A DNA stretch of 64,000 bases from Candidatus Micrarchaeota archaeon. GTDB lineage: Archaea > Micrarchaeota > Micrarchaeia > Anstonellales > Bilamarchaeaceae. The stretch spans positions 4,015-68,014 of the forward strand of contig JBFMEZ010000004.1 in NCBI GenBank assembly GCA_040753215.1, given 5' to 3'. Positions within the stretch are counted from its first letter, which is position 1, and the number at the start of each line of letters is the position of its first letter. Positions 1 through 9,031 of the stretch are shown piece after piece. The notes beneath the pieces were generated by a model that had not been told where the DNA came from, made no database searches, and saw nothing but the letters and a program-made list of their open reading frames with translations. The translations under genes and the position numbers were made by a program.

Positions 1-546
1 CCCGCCCAGCTCCAGATGTATACCATTTACTCTCTCTTCCGCCTCTGGATTTTCTCCTTCGCCCTCCGCCCCTCTTCCGCTGCCCTCTGCCTTCAACGGG
101 GCGTAGGCCGAACCGCGCCAGGTAATCGTAAACCTATTCCCCAGCAAATCCCCCATCTTCACCTTCTCCACTGCCCTCCATGCCCCAAGAATGGAGATAT
201 CCTTCACCTTTATCGCGAGGACCTTTTCCGGAGGAATATCGAAAACAGAAACCAGCTGTACAGAAACCGCGGTCTTGTCCTTCGTCCCCGCATAATCGAA
301 CCTGCTCTGCCCCACGTGCAATCTTTTCGATATCTCCTTCACCGCGGCCGCAGTCGTCCAGTCTCTTTTTTCCATTACAAAATAGGTAAATTTCCCCTCT
401 CCCTCCTCGCGCTCCACTCTCTTCCCTTCCTCCAGCACCGTCCCGTCCAGCATTATTTCTTCAACCAGAAAGGACTCTGGCTCAGATTTTATCCCGCCAC
501 CTATTCCCAGAGAAGGCGCAAGATAAGACCAGTTGAAATCTCTCAT
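1..546 (-). CDS. truD: tRNA pseudouridine(13) synthase TruD, partial (runs off the window start)
   Basis: Not in the ORF track. Manual translation from ATG at 546 gives MRDFNWSYLAPSLGIGGGIKSEPESFLVEEI...FDYAGTKDKTAVSVQLVS...GNRFTIT, with the TruD motifs FxVxE, AGxKD and GNRF. ATGA overlap with the upstream dUTPase stop. Confidence 0.93.
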   Translation of the reverse strand, partial: MRDFNWSYLAPSLGIGGGIKSEPESFLVEEIMLDGTVLEEGKRVEREEGEGKFTYFVMEKRDWTTAAAVKEISKRLHVGQSRFDYAGTKDKTAVSVQLVSVFDIPPEKVLAIKVKDISILGAWRAVEKVKMGDLLGNRFTITWRGSAYAPLKAEGSGRGAEGEGENPEAEERVNGIHLELGG

Positions 547-1031
547 TTGTTTTCGCCCTGATATTTCCCGGAATACAATTCCTTCGTCCCCTCGCTCAAT
601 TTCACAAAAACAAGCTGCCCCACCTTTGCATTCCTCTTGAACTTCCCGCCGTGAGGATTAGACACTATAAGAAGGGCCTCGCTCCTCCCCTCATACCCCG
701 GGTCCCACACCGCGCATTCCAGCGTCATTCCGCATCTAAGTAAAGAAGACCTAGGAAAGCATAGTGCCGCCGCATCCGAAGGAATCTTCACGTACTCATT
801 GAACATTATCTTATAGCATCCCGGCGCAAGATGCACCCATTCGTCCTCAAAAGGGACCTCATGCGTCCCCGAGATTTTCCTATCCTTATTATCGAAATCT
901 ATGCTCCCGGGCTCGGAAAAAGCCAAAACCTTCTTCAGCGTCATGTCCACTCCCGCGGGCTGGAACTGCGAATCCCCCACGAAATCCTTCACAAATGCGG
1001 AAGAAAGTATGTGCTGCTTTGGCAAAATCAT
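543..1031 (-). CDS. Archaeal dUTPase / dCTP deaminase family protein
   Basis: Trimeric dUTPase-fold motifs QPAGVDMTL, PRSSLLR, WDPGYEG and YSGKYQ. Confidence 0.9.
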   Translation of the reverse strand: MILPKQHILSSAFVKDFVGDSQFQPAGVDMTLKKVLAFSEPGSIDFDNKDRKISGTHEVPFEDEWVHLAPGCYKIMFNEYVKIPSDAAALCFPRSSLLRCGMTLECAVWDPGYEGRSEALLIVSNPHGGKFKRNAKVGQLVFVKLSEGTKELYSGKYQGENK

Positions 1032-1069
1032 AAGAATCCCATCCGTAGTTTCACAAGAAAGAGTTTAAA

Positions 1070-2290
1070 CTAGTTGCCCGAGGCCAGCAGCTTAAGCTGC
1101 GTTTGCGCATATTCCGCCGCCCCCCTCCCGGCCACTATCTGGTGCGGCTGCCCGAACACGTCGTCAAGCCAGTACGACGGCTCTCCGTAGGAAACGAGTA
1201 TGGACCTCCCGAGGAACTCAGGGTTCCTTGCCTGGTGGTACTTGAACACCGCCATCATCCCCTCGCCCCTCCTTTCCACGGAAACAACTTCCACCTTCCC
1301 GCTCACGTGGGACATTATGAAGCGGAAGCTCTTCGCAAGCCCGGAGAGCATCCTTTTCGCCCGCTCCACAATCCCGTACCCCTCAACAAGCGGAACCGCG
1401 AAGTGCGTCCCGCCCGCGGCCGGCCTGCACTGGAAGAGGTAGTGCGGCGCAATCCCCGCATCCGATATCGCCCTGAAAAGTTCCGCAACCACGTCCGGGG
1501 AATCGTTCACCCCCCTCATCAGCACGCTCTGCGAGCGCAGGTGCACCCCCGCGCCCATCAGCTTCGCATGCGCCTCCAGCGCCAGCGCGTCCAGCTCGCG
1601 CGGATGGTCTATATGCGATACAACGCACACCCTCTTGCCGGCGGAACTGTGGCTCTCCAGCATCTTCAGCAGTTCCGGGTCGGAAAACCGCGAAGGGAGG
1701 TACACCGGCATCTTCGTGCCCAGCCGTATCACGCCAACGTGCCCTATCTTCCTCAATCTCCCCAGGATTTCAGCCAGCCGGGAATCCGGCGCCATGAAAG
1801 CGTCCCCTCCGGTAAGCAGCACGTTGTTTATCTCCGGGTGCCCCTCTATGTACCTGAATGCGGCCTCAAGGTCCGCGGCGGTTTCGTTCTCCGTGCCCAC
1901 CACCCTCCTCCTGAAGCAGTACCTGCAATACGCCGCGCACGTCCCCGCGACCATCAGCAGCGCGGTCGGGCCGTACTTGTGCTGCAGCCCGGGCACGCCC
2001 GTCCTCTGCCGGTTCAGCCATTCCCCGCTCTGGTCCTTCATCCCTCCCGCCTGCAGCTCCTCCGCATCCGGAAACACCATCCTCATGAGCGGGTCATCCG
2101 GGTCCTTCCAATCTATCAGGTTCGCATAATGGCGGGTGATAGCCACCAGATAAGAGCCGCCTATCCGCGCAAGCACCTCTTCCGTGAGCCCCTTTGCAGC
2201 CGCGATCTCCCCGAATTTCTTAAACACATGCTTCGCGGTGATGCGCCTCCCCAGCTCCTGCCGCCATCCCCCGTGCCGCACTCCCCTCAT
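1070..2290 (-). CDS. KamA family radical SAM protein (lysine 2,3-aminomutase-like)
   Basis: GLQHKY, CAAYCRYCFRR (CxxxCxxC), LLTGGD, HIDHPRE and QSVLMRGVND. Start moved to ATG 2290, about 25 bp below an AT-rich TATA-like tract at 2310-2318. Confidence 0.88.
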   Translation of the reverse strand: MRGVRHGGWRQELGRRITAKHVFKKFGEIAAAKGLTEEVLARIGGSYLVAITRHYANLIDWKDPDDPLMRMVFPDAEELQAGGMKDQSGEWLNRQRTGVPGLQHKYGPTALLMVAGTCAAYCRYCFRRRVVGTENETAADLEAAFRYIEGHPEINNVLLTGGDAFMAPDSRLAEILGRLRKIGHVGVIRLGTKMPVYLPSRFSDPELLKMLESHSSAGKRVCVVSHIDHPRELDALALEAHAKLMGAGVHLRSQSVLMRGVNDSPDVVAELFRAISDAGIAPHYLFQCRPAAGGTHFAVPLVEGYGIVERAKRMLSGLAKSFRFIMSHVSGKVEVVSVERRGEGMMAVFKYHQARNPEFLGRSILVSYGEPSYWLDDVFGQPHQIVAGRGAAEYAQTQLKLLASGN

Positions 2291-2403
2291 GCGGGAATTA
2301 CGCCGTGAAAATATATAATGCACCACGTTCCACAATCGCCGTTGCGCACTTCCACAATCGTGGAACTCTCTCTTTTTTATTCCCGGCACCCAGATATACG
2401 CCC

Positions 2404-4212
2404 ATGGGGAAAAAGGTCGCGAAAGCCGCAAAACAGGCCATTCCCATGCCCTCCCGCCGCAGGGCTTTCAGCTCAATAGAGCTTTTTGGGAGAAAAAAGC
2501 CAAGCGACGAAGGGGCTTTCCGCAGGGGACCCTCCCTCACAATCGCGGAGAAAATGGAGGAGGCAAGAAAACTCGAGATGGAGGCGGAACACTACGAATC
2601 CATTTTCTCCAGAAGCCAGGCTGCGGAGAGCTATAGCGCCGCCGCCATTCTTTTCGAGGAAGCAAAGGATTCCGGCAAAGCGGCGGAACTCTACGAGAAG
2701 GCCGCAGTCCTCTATGAAGCAATAGGTGCTGCACTCGAAGAGCCTTCCGCCGGATCCCAGATAATCGATGCACACAACGATGCCGCGTCTTCCTTCTTCG
2801 CGGCGGCCTCCCTCCTCGCGGAGGCATCCCCGCGGAAAACGGCGGAATTGCTCTTCCGGGCCGCGGAAAACTACTCCAAAGCCGGAAACCAGCGTGGAGT
2901 CCGCTCTTCCTACTCCCATGCTTTTGCGATTGCCCCTGCCCCCTCAACACCCCTTTCCAAAAAAACGGTCCCCCGCCTCATATTCCGCGCCCGGAAGGAA
3001 GGCAATTCCGGGAATTTCTCCCCTGCAGCCGACCTCCTCTTCTCCGCTGCGGTACTTTCCGAACTAACCGTTCCCGAGAAAGCGCCCGGGCTTTACACAG
3101 CCGCGGCCGAAAATTACAGGAAATGCAACCGCCACGGCGCCGCAGCCGCCTCCTATTCGCACGCCGCGGCACTCGTCTCCGAAAAGAAGCCCGCAAAAGC
3201 GGCAGGAATGCTGCTAAGCGCGGGAGAGGGCCTCGCAAGGTCGGCGAATTACCTCGGCGCAGCCGTCGCCTTCTCCTCTGCGTTAAAGCTTGGGACCTTC
3301 AACACCGCCCTCCACTACACCCCGGCCTCCTCGCTCGCCGCAGCCGCGGAATCCAGGCTCAAAGCCGGGAGCTACTTCTCGGCCGCCCGCGCTTTCTTCT
3401 CCGCGGCATACGCCTCCTCCCAGCTGTCCCCCCGGCTCGCATCCGGCCTCTTCATGAGGGCCGGGCAATATTTCCTCAGGACCGGAAAATACGAGGATGC
3501 GGCAATAGCATTCTCATCGGCATTCCGCTTCCTGAGCGTCCAGGGAAGGGAGGAGGCGGTGCATAATGCGGTTTCGGAGCTGCTCCAGGAGGCAAACGCC
3601 AGGCTTGAATCCAAAAATTATCTCTCCGCTGCCAATGCGCTGCTTTCCTCCGCGATGATGGTGATGGAGTATAAGCCGCAGATGGCGGCTGCGCTCTTTG
3701 AGAAGGCCGGCAGCCTGTTTTCCCTCTCCGGAAGGAATTGCAATGCCGCCTCGTCCTACTCGCAGGCGGCAGTCCTTCTCTTCCGTGAAATTCCCCGCAG
3801 GGCCTCCGAAATCCTGGAAAAGGCGGGCGAGAGCTACGGAAAGGCCTCTTCGCACGGGGACGCGGCTTCGGCGCACGCGCTTGCGGAGCGCCTTGCCTCC
3901 GGGAGGGGTGAATCCCTCCAGAGGAGCCTCCAGGTCCTTATTGATGCCGCCGAAAGGGAGCTGAAATCCGGAGACGCCCTGGACGCCGCGCGCCTGTTCT
4001 CGTCCGCCGCTGAGCTCTGCAGGGAAAACGACCCGGAGAAATCCTCGGAGCTTTTCGAGAAGGCCGGGAATTGCTATCTCGATTCCCGAAAATACTGCTC
4101 CGCAGCATCTGCCTACTTTTTTGCCGCCATTCTGGCAAACAGGTTCGATCCTATCAGAGCCATGTTCCTCCTCGACAAGGCCTCCGGATGCTATGGCACG
4201 CCTTCACGCTGA
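2404..4212 (+). CDS. Ala-rich helical repeat protein, TPR / alpha-SNAP-like
   Basis: Roughly 40-aa repeats of the type A..Y..AA.L.....P.KAAEL..KA...Y along about 600 aa. Start taken at MGKKVAK. Confidence 0.7.
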   Translation: MGKKVAKAAKQAIPMPSRRRAFSSIELFGRKKPSDEGAFRRGPSLTIAEKMEEARKLEMEAEHYESIFSRSQAAESYSAAAILFEEAKDSGKAAELYEKAAVLYEAIGAALEEPSAGSQIIDAHNDAASSFFAAASLLAEASPRKTAELLFRAAENYSKAGNQRGVRSSYSHAFAIAPAPSTPLSKKTVPRLIFRARKEGNSGNFSPAADLLFSAAVLSELTVPEKAPGLYTAAAENYRKCNRHGAAAASYSHAAALVSEKKPAKAAGMLLSAGEGLARSANYLGAAVAFSSALKLGTFNTALHYTPASSLAAAAESRLKAGSYFSAARAFFSAAYASSQLSPRLASGLFMRAGQYFLRTGKYEDAAIAFSSAFRFLSVQGREEAVHNAVSELLQEANARLESKNYLSAANALLSSAMMVMEYKPQMAAALFEKAGSLFSLSGRNCNAASSYSQAAVLLFREIPRRASEILEKAGESYGKASSHGDAASAHALAERLASGRGESLQRSLQVLIDAAERELKSGDALDAARLFSSAAELCRENDPEKSSELFEKAGNCYLDSRKYCSAASAYFFAAILANRFDPIRAMFLLDKASGCYGTPSR

Positions 4213-4255
4213 CCTACCAGAAAACGTTTAAAAGCTCATAATCCATCCATTCCCC

Positions 4256-4879
4256 ATGGCAGACGAAAGTGCATGGCTCGCAACGAACCGGCTCGAGGCC
4301 CTCACGGACGGCATATTCGCCTTCGCGATGACGCTCCTCGTCCTCTCCATAACCCTTCCCGACGACCCGGATGGCATAATCTACCTGCCCGATGCCGAGC
4401 TGAGGGAGCTGATTTCACACGAGTGGCTCCGCTTCATGAATTATGCAATCGCCTTCCTCCTGCTCGCAAGCTTCTGGATGAACCACTCAAAGGCATTCCA
4501 CATAATAAAGGCGACCGAGCACAAGCACACCTGGATAAACGTACTCTTCCTGATGTTCGTCGCATTAGTCCCATTCACGACCGGGCTCGTTGGCGACTAC
4601 GGGGGTGATTCAATCGCCTGGACTATGTTCGGGGCGAACATGTTCATACTCGGCTCCTTCCTGTACCTCAACCTGTGGTATGCCGGCAGGAATCCGCACC
4701 TGCTGCACGAGGGGGTGGGCATGGGGCAGATAGAAATCGGAAAGAGGCGGAACCTGGTCGTGCTTGCGGTTTCCACATTATCAATATTTATCAGCTTTTA
4801 CGATACGGGCCTCGCGGGCCCGGTTTATTTCCTGATACCGCTGGTTATGCTGCTCTCCCCGTTTAAGCACGAGAAATAG
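4256..4879 (+). CDS. TMEM175 family potassium channel
   Basis: RLEALTDGIFAFAMTLLVL matches the TMEM175 signature; about 6 hydrophobic helices; TTTAAAA at about 4227 upstream. Confidence 0.88.
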   Translation: MADESAWLATNRLEALTDGIFAFAMTLLVLSITLPDDPDGIIYLPDAELRELISHEWLRFMNYAIAFLLLASFWMNHSKAFHIIKATEHKHTWINVLFLMFVALVPFTTGLVGDYGGDSIAWTMFGANMFILGSFLYLNLWYAGRNPHLLHEGVGMGQIEIGKRRNLVVLAVSTLSIFISFYDTGLAGPVYFLIPLVMLLSPFKHEK

Positions 4880-4892
4880 AATTAAAGGGAAC

Positions 4893-5357
4893 TCACTTCA
4901 GTTCGTCTTCCGCATAGAAATATTCGTGCAGCACAAGCGGGTACTCGAAGAGTTCCTCTTTCTTGAAGAATCTCGCAATCTCCTTCTGCGCCATTTCCAG
5001 CGAATCCGCAGCGTGTATCACATTCCTGCTCGTAGAATTGGAAAAGTCCCCGCGTATGGTGCCCGCCTCCGCCTTCCTCGCATTCGTCGCCCCTGCGAGC
5101 TTCCTTCCCACCTCCACCGCCTCCACCCCTTCCACGACCATCGCCACAATAGGGTGGTGCGTCATGAACTTCTCCAGCCCCGGATAGAAAGGCTTGGAAG
5201 TAAGGTGCGCATAGTGCTCCTTCGCAGTCGCAGTGTTCATCTTGAGCATCTTCAGCCCCACGATCTTCAATCCTTTCCTCTCAAACCGCGCGATTATCTC
5301 CCCGAGAATGGCCCTCTGCAGCACATCCGGCTTGAACAAGATCAGCGTCCTCTCCAT
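4893..5357 (-). CDS. ndk: Nucleoside diphosphate kinase
   Basis: ERTLILFKPD, GTIRGDF and catalytic RNVIHAAD. Confidence 0.97.
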   Translation of the reverse strand: MERTLILFKPDVLQRAILGEIIARFERKGLKIVGLKMLKMNTATAKEHYAHLTSKPFYPGLEKFMTHHPIVAMVVEGVEAVEVGRKLAGATNARKAEAGTIRGDFSNSTSRNVIHAADSLEMAQKEIARFFKKEELFEYPLVLHEYFYAEDELK

Positions 5358-5361
5358 ATTC

Positions 5362-5535
5362 TCACGCCTTCCTCGTCTTTTTCGCCCACTTTACCTTCTT
5401 CCCCACTCTCCCCAGCTTCAGCTGGTTCTTCATGCACTTGGAAGAGCAGAAATAGAACAGCGTCCCATCCTTCTTCGCGTAAAGCCTTCCGCTTCCCTTC
5501 GGGATATCTACCCCGCAGAACGAACATCCGGGCAT
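5362..5535 (-). CDS. rpl24e: 50S ribosomal protein L24e
   Basis: Missed by the ORF track (57 aa). Translation MPGCSFCGVDIPKGSGRLYAKKDGTLFYFCSSKCMKNQLKLGRVGKKVKWAKKTRKA has the L24e Zn finger, and the gene sits in the canonical L7Ae-S28e-L24e-ndk order. Confidence 0.96.
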   Translation of the reverse strand: MPGCSFCGVDIPKGSGRLYAKKDGTLFYFCSSKCMKNQLKLGRVGKKVKWAKKTRKA

Positions 5536-5539
5536 ATGC

Positions 5540-5746
5540 TCACCTAGCCCTTATCTCCTTCGCTTCCCTCTCAGGCTCAATCAGCATTATGACCATCCCC
5601 TTCTTCACAGGCCCCTTCACGTTCCTGAGGATGACCCTTCCTGCTTCGGCCCCTTCCAGCACCTTGCAGAGCACCTGGTAGATCTCGCCATAGACTCCTG
5701 TCTTGACCTTGACCTCCACGATCTCCGCAGCCACTGCGTCAGCCAT
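5540..5746 (-). CDS. rps28e: 30S ribosomal protein S28e
   Basis: TGVYGEIYQV, GRVILRNVKGPV and EREAKEI; conserved synteny. Confidence 0.96.
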   Translation of the reverse strand: MADAVAAEIVEVKVKTGVYGEIYQVLCKVLEGAEAGRVILRNVKGPVKKGMVIMLIEPEREAKEIRAR

Positions 5747-5751
5747 TTATT

Positions 5752-6258
5752 TCACTCCTTCTTCTCTTCAGCCTTTTTCTCTTCCACAGGCTTCTTTGGC
5801 TTCCTCGGCTTTTTCGGCTTCGGGGGCTGTGCCTCAGGGGCAGCTTCCGGTTTCCCGCTTCCGGTTTCCGGTTTCGGCTCGTGCTTCTTCTCCTCCAGCT
5901 TCGGCTTCGGGAGCCTCTTCAGCACATTGTTGAGTATCTCGTTCGCGCCTCCCGCGTCCTCCACCGCTACCGAAGATGTGGGCACAGGAATCCCGACCGC
6001 CGCGCCCAACTCCTTTTTCGTGGGCACGTACACATAGGGTATCCCCTTCTCCTCGCAGAGCATCGGGATATGTATAACTATCTCCTCGGGCTCCACATCA
6101 GAGGCAATCACCACGAGCTTTGCGGCCTTCCTCTCAATGGATTTTGTAGTTTCATTAATCCCCTTGCGGATTCTTCCGGAGTCCTTTGCGACTGAAAGAG
6201 CTTCCACTACGCCGTCCACTACTTCCTTTGGTGTTTCAAATTTTACATAACTCGGCAT
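5752..6258 (-). CDS. rpl7ae: 50S ribosomal protein L7Ae with a Lys/Glu/Pro-rich C-terminal extension
   Basis: [29 protein letters not shown] and ELGAAVG. About 50 extra C-terminal residues, partly encoded by heptamer repeats. Confidence 0.97.
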   Translation of the reverse strand: MPSYVKFETPKEVVDGVVEALSVAKDSGRIRKGINETTKSIERKAAKLVVIASDVEPEEIVIHIPMLCEEKGIPYVYVPTKKELGAAVGIPVPTSSVAVEDAGGANEILNNVLKRLPKPKLEEKKHEPKPETGSGKPEAAPEAQPPKPKKPRKPKKPVEEKKAEEKKE

Positions 6259-6399
6259 ACATACACCTCTCTCCTTTTTACATCACAAACCTCGGCACAG
6301 CCTCGGTTTGTTCTGCCTTTGGGTTGCCTCGCTCGTGCCCCAGCACTCGCTCGGCGCAAAAAGGAGCCCAAAAACTTCGAGCATTTCATCTGTTCTATA

Positions 6400-6448
6400 C
6401 ACCTCATTTTTCATCTGCTCCGTTTCCGGAGCATCCACTTCATCGGTG
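6400..6448 (-). promoter_or_regulatory. Double kink-turn element in the rpl7ae 5' leader (probable L7Ae autoregulatory site)
   Basis: Minus strand reads CACC-GAU-GA...GA-UGCUCCG-GAAA-CGGAGCA-GAU-GA...GA-GGUG: two canonical stem / 3-nt bulge / tandem G.A motifs. Confidence 0.75.
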
Positions 6449-6482
6449 GTAGCTGTTTATATGCCGAAGAGGGTTTTTAAAA

Positions 6483-6866
6483 CTACTTCCCCAGCCCCTC
6501 ATTCGAAAGAATAAGCTCCTCCACTCTTTCTATAATCGTCCTCACAGTCCCAAGCGCCTTCTCCACCTTCTCCTTCCCAAGCTCCGCGTCAATCCCGGGT
6601 CTCACGTTCCCATAGAAATCTATGTTCCTCATCTCCCAGAGGAAATCCAAATCTTCCTTATGCTCCGAGAACACCCTCTTTGCGGTTTCCATCCTGTACT
6701 GGTGGGAAGCAACATCCTTCCCCTTCATGGTTTTATTGAAGGCGATAAGCGCGGACTCAAACGCCTGGTAGGCGAGCCCCGAAACCCCCGCCAGGTCCCC
6801 GTCCTCAAACAGCTTCTCCGCGGAAGCGAGCAGCGCCTTCGCCCTTTTCAGGTCCCTCCCAGCCAT
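6483..6866 (-). CDS. HEPN domain protein (toxin-like partner of MNT)
   Basis: Helical HEPN pattern LAYQAFE, SH and RNIDFY; overlaps the upstream MNT gene. Confidence 0.75.
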   Translation of the reverse strand: MAGRDLKRAKALLASAEKLFEDGDLAGVSGLAYQAFESALIAFNKTMKGKDVASHQYRMETAKRVFSEHKEDLDFLWEMRNIDFYGNVRPGIDAELGKEKVEKALGTVRTIIERVEELILSNEGLGK

Positions 6867-7687
6867 ATGGTTTCCCCTTCCTTCCCCAATTTCTCTTCTA
6901 TTTCTTCTATTCCCCTCTCCGCCTTAATCATCTTCTTTGGAACCACCTTCCCCTCATAGAGAAGGGATTCCAGCTCCCCCAGCGTAATCCTCAGCAATTC
7001 CTTATAATACTTCTTCGCCTCCCCACGCGCGCCCTTCGCCTTCTCCGCGTATTCCTTCGCCTTCCCCAGCCGGAACAGCGCATACGCCTTCGGGAAGCCC
7101 CGCAGCCCGGCCTTTATCCCGAACAGCTTTCCCATCCCCCTGAACACCACCCCATTCATCACCGCCTCCAGCGCCACGAAGTCCTCCATCCTCTCCACCT
7201 CCTCCCAGCCCTTCCTGTGCACCTCGAACCTGTACGGGAGCAAATCCGCGCCCTTCGGCGCCTCGCCCACCACCATCAGGTCTATATCGCTCTTCGCGGT
7301 CCCCAGCCCGTACGCATGGCTGCCGAACAGCACCACCGCCTCCGCCCCGGGCGCCCTTGAGAGGAAATACTCCACCGCATTCCTCGCCTCCGACCTCAGC
7401 CCCGCAATCCTCTCCTGCATGAACAGCTCCGCGAGGGCGAGCGCCATCCCCTTCCCCGCATCCGCCCTGAACAGTTTCCTTCTGCCACCTCTTGCCTGCC
7501 TTGCTGCCCCCACGCGAATGAGCGCCCCCAGCGCCGCTACCACGTTTGATTTCGACACCCTGCTCTCTCTCGCCAAATCCGATATGGAAAATGCGGCATA
7601 CGGCCTCTCCAGCAGCACCCTCAGCACCGAAATAGTAGTTTTTTTCGCAATCTGCTCTATTCGTATTTGTTCTTTTTTTAGGTTCAT
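6848..7687 (-). CDS. wHTH plus minimal nucleotidyltransferase (MNT) antitoxin-like protein
   Basis: N-terminal HTH (SISDLARESRVSKSNV) followed by LFGSHAYG...SDIDL, the Pol-beta-like NTase motif. Confidence 0.82.
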   Translation of the reverse strand: MNLKKEQIRIEQIAKKTTISVLRVLLERPYAAFSISDLARESRVSKSNVVAALGALIRVGAARQARGGRRKLFRADAGKGMALALAELFMQERIAGLRSEARNAVEYFLSRAPGAEAVVLFGSHAYGLGTAKSDIDLMVVGEAPKGADLLPYRFEVHRKGWEEVERMEDFVALEAVMNGVVFRGMGKLFGIKAGLRGFPKAYALFRLGKAKEYAEKAKGARGEAKKYYKELLRITLGELESLLYEGKVVPKKMIKAERGIEEIEEKLGKEGETIWLGGT

Positions 7688-7689
7688 AA

Positions 7690-7705
7690 GTTCTATTTTT
7701 AGAAC
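7690..7705. promoter_or_regulatory. Palindromic operator candidate for the HTH-MNT/HEPN operon
   Basis: GTTCTA-TTTT-TAGAAC lies between a TATA-like tract (7709-7717) and the start codon at 7687. Confidence 0.5.
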
Positions 7706-7789
7706 AAATATTTAAAAGCAGATGCCCTTTCTTACCCACCACATCCCGCCTTTCGGAATCCATTTAATATATGCTATCGATACCTTCCC

Positions 7790-8983
7790 ATGAGATTTCA
7801 TATTCTCGCAACAATCTTCGCAGCATTCCTTATATTCGGCTGCACCCAGCCGAATACTTTCTATGATAACGGAGTTCCAGACGAGGTATACATACGAGCA
7901 GCAAACCAGACGCCCGAAGCCCGGGCATTCCTCCAAAAATATCCAAACGCAGAAATTTCCGTGGACCGGAGCGGCGCCCTTACCGTGGATTATCGGGTGG
8001 ATAAATCCCCCATCACAAACACCACCCAGAACTGGGAGGGCATACGCCTCCGCATCTTTATTGACCCGGCAACCGGCCGGCCCTCCGGGGAAAGTTTCAT
8101 CGATTGTTCCGGAATTCTAATCCAGAATAATTTACTGCAGTTCCTGGAAACCGAAAATTGCGTTTCGCAGGCTCAGAACGAAAGCATCCCGCTTGTGCAT
8201 GGGCTGGAAGAAACCGCCGAAATTGCCGAGCCGGAGAACTACGAGCGGACAACCGTTTTCTCTGGCATTTATGGAGGTAGCTACTACGGCATTTATCAGT
8301 TGAATTATACGGAAACAGAAACCCTTGATGAAAACGGCCTTATCATAGAATTTGAGCTGAACCTTCCTGCCTCTGCAGGGGTAGGTTCAGCCAATGAATT
8401 CCCCTACGAGCCACCAAGAATCCCGATGGCAATATCCAACAACACGTGGGTTTTCATAGGAACGCAAGAAGGTTCCGTGAAAGTCGCTAAGGAAGATTCC
8501 TACTCCGAACTGATAGGTGAGGACTGTATCGGGGATTGGATGCGCCAGGAATTCAATACCACCATTGTTGCGGGAGGCGTGGAATGGGAGCTCAACGGCC
8601 CTTATTCTTGGGGCGGAAATTTCTCGCTTCGCAACAAACTAACCAATGCTTCAGTTGAATCCAATGTATTCACTCTTGAGGAAGGCGGCAGGCTCCTAAA
8701 TCTCTCTGACAGTGCTTTCTTTTTTGAATGGGCTTTTGCCGGGATGAATCCGGGCGTATGTGACTGGATAGCGGCTTCCGGCTTGTCCGAGGTCGTTGAT
8801 TTGAGAGCTGCTGATAGTGGCATTACAATCACCTGGACGAATGCTAGCGTTAGAACAGGCAGGGAAGTTTTGGTGCAGCAAGGCTCCAAACTGGTGCCAA
8901 GGGAAGAAACAATGGAAGCGCCAGCAATCAAATCCATTTATGTTCCTCGCTCCAGCCCTGTTTTTGAAAAGCTCGTTGGCTGA
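7790..8983 (+). CDS. Hypothetical secreted lipoprotein-like protein
   Basis: Signal peptide ending LIFGC; acidic, rich in N-x-S/T sequons; lower GC than its flanks. Confidence 0.75.
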   Translation: MRFHILATIFAAFLIFGCTQPNTFYDNGVPDEVYIRAANQTPEARAFLQKYPNAEISVDRSGALTVDYRVDKSPITNTTQNWEGIRLRIFIDPATGRPSGESFIDCSGILIQNNLLQFLETENCVSQAQNESIPLVHGLEETAEIAEPENYERTTVFSGIYGGSYYGIYQLNYTETETLDENGLIIEFELNLPASAGVGSANEFPYEPPRIPMAISNNTWVFIGTQEGSVKVAKEDSYSELIGEDCIGDWMRQEFNTTIVAGGVEWELNGPYSWGGNFSLRNKLTNASVESNVFTLEEGGRLLNLSDSAFFFEWAFAGMNPGVCDWIAASGLSEVVDLRAADSGITITWTNASVRTGREVLVQQGSKLVPREETMEAPAIKSIYVPRSSPVFEKLVG

Positions 8984-9031
8984 ATTAGCAATCCATTTAA
9001 ACTCTAACTTATACTCTCTTCTGCGGTTTCC

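Noticed and set aside
5342-5527. 61-aa ORF from the ORF track
   Set aside because: Wrong frame. The real gene is L24e at 5362-5535.
6380-6450. C/D box sRNA
   Set aside because: GATGA motifs are present but there are no CTGA D boxes or guide regions; a k-turn leader of L7Ae fits better.
6483-7687. HTH-MNT plus HEPN as a novel defence system
   Set aside because: MNT-HEPN pairs are very common in archaea, and nothing nearby suggests a larger system.
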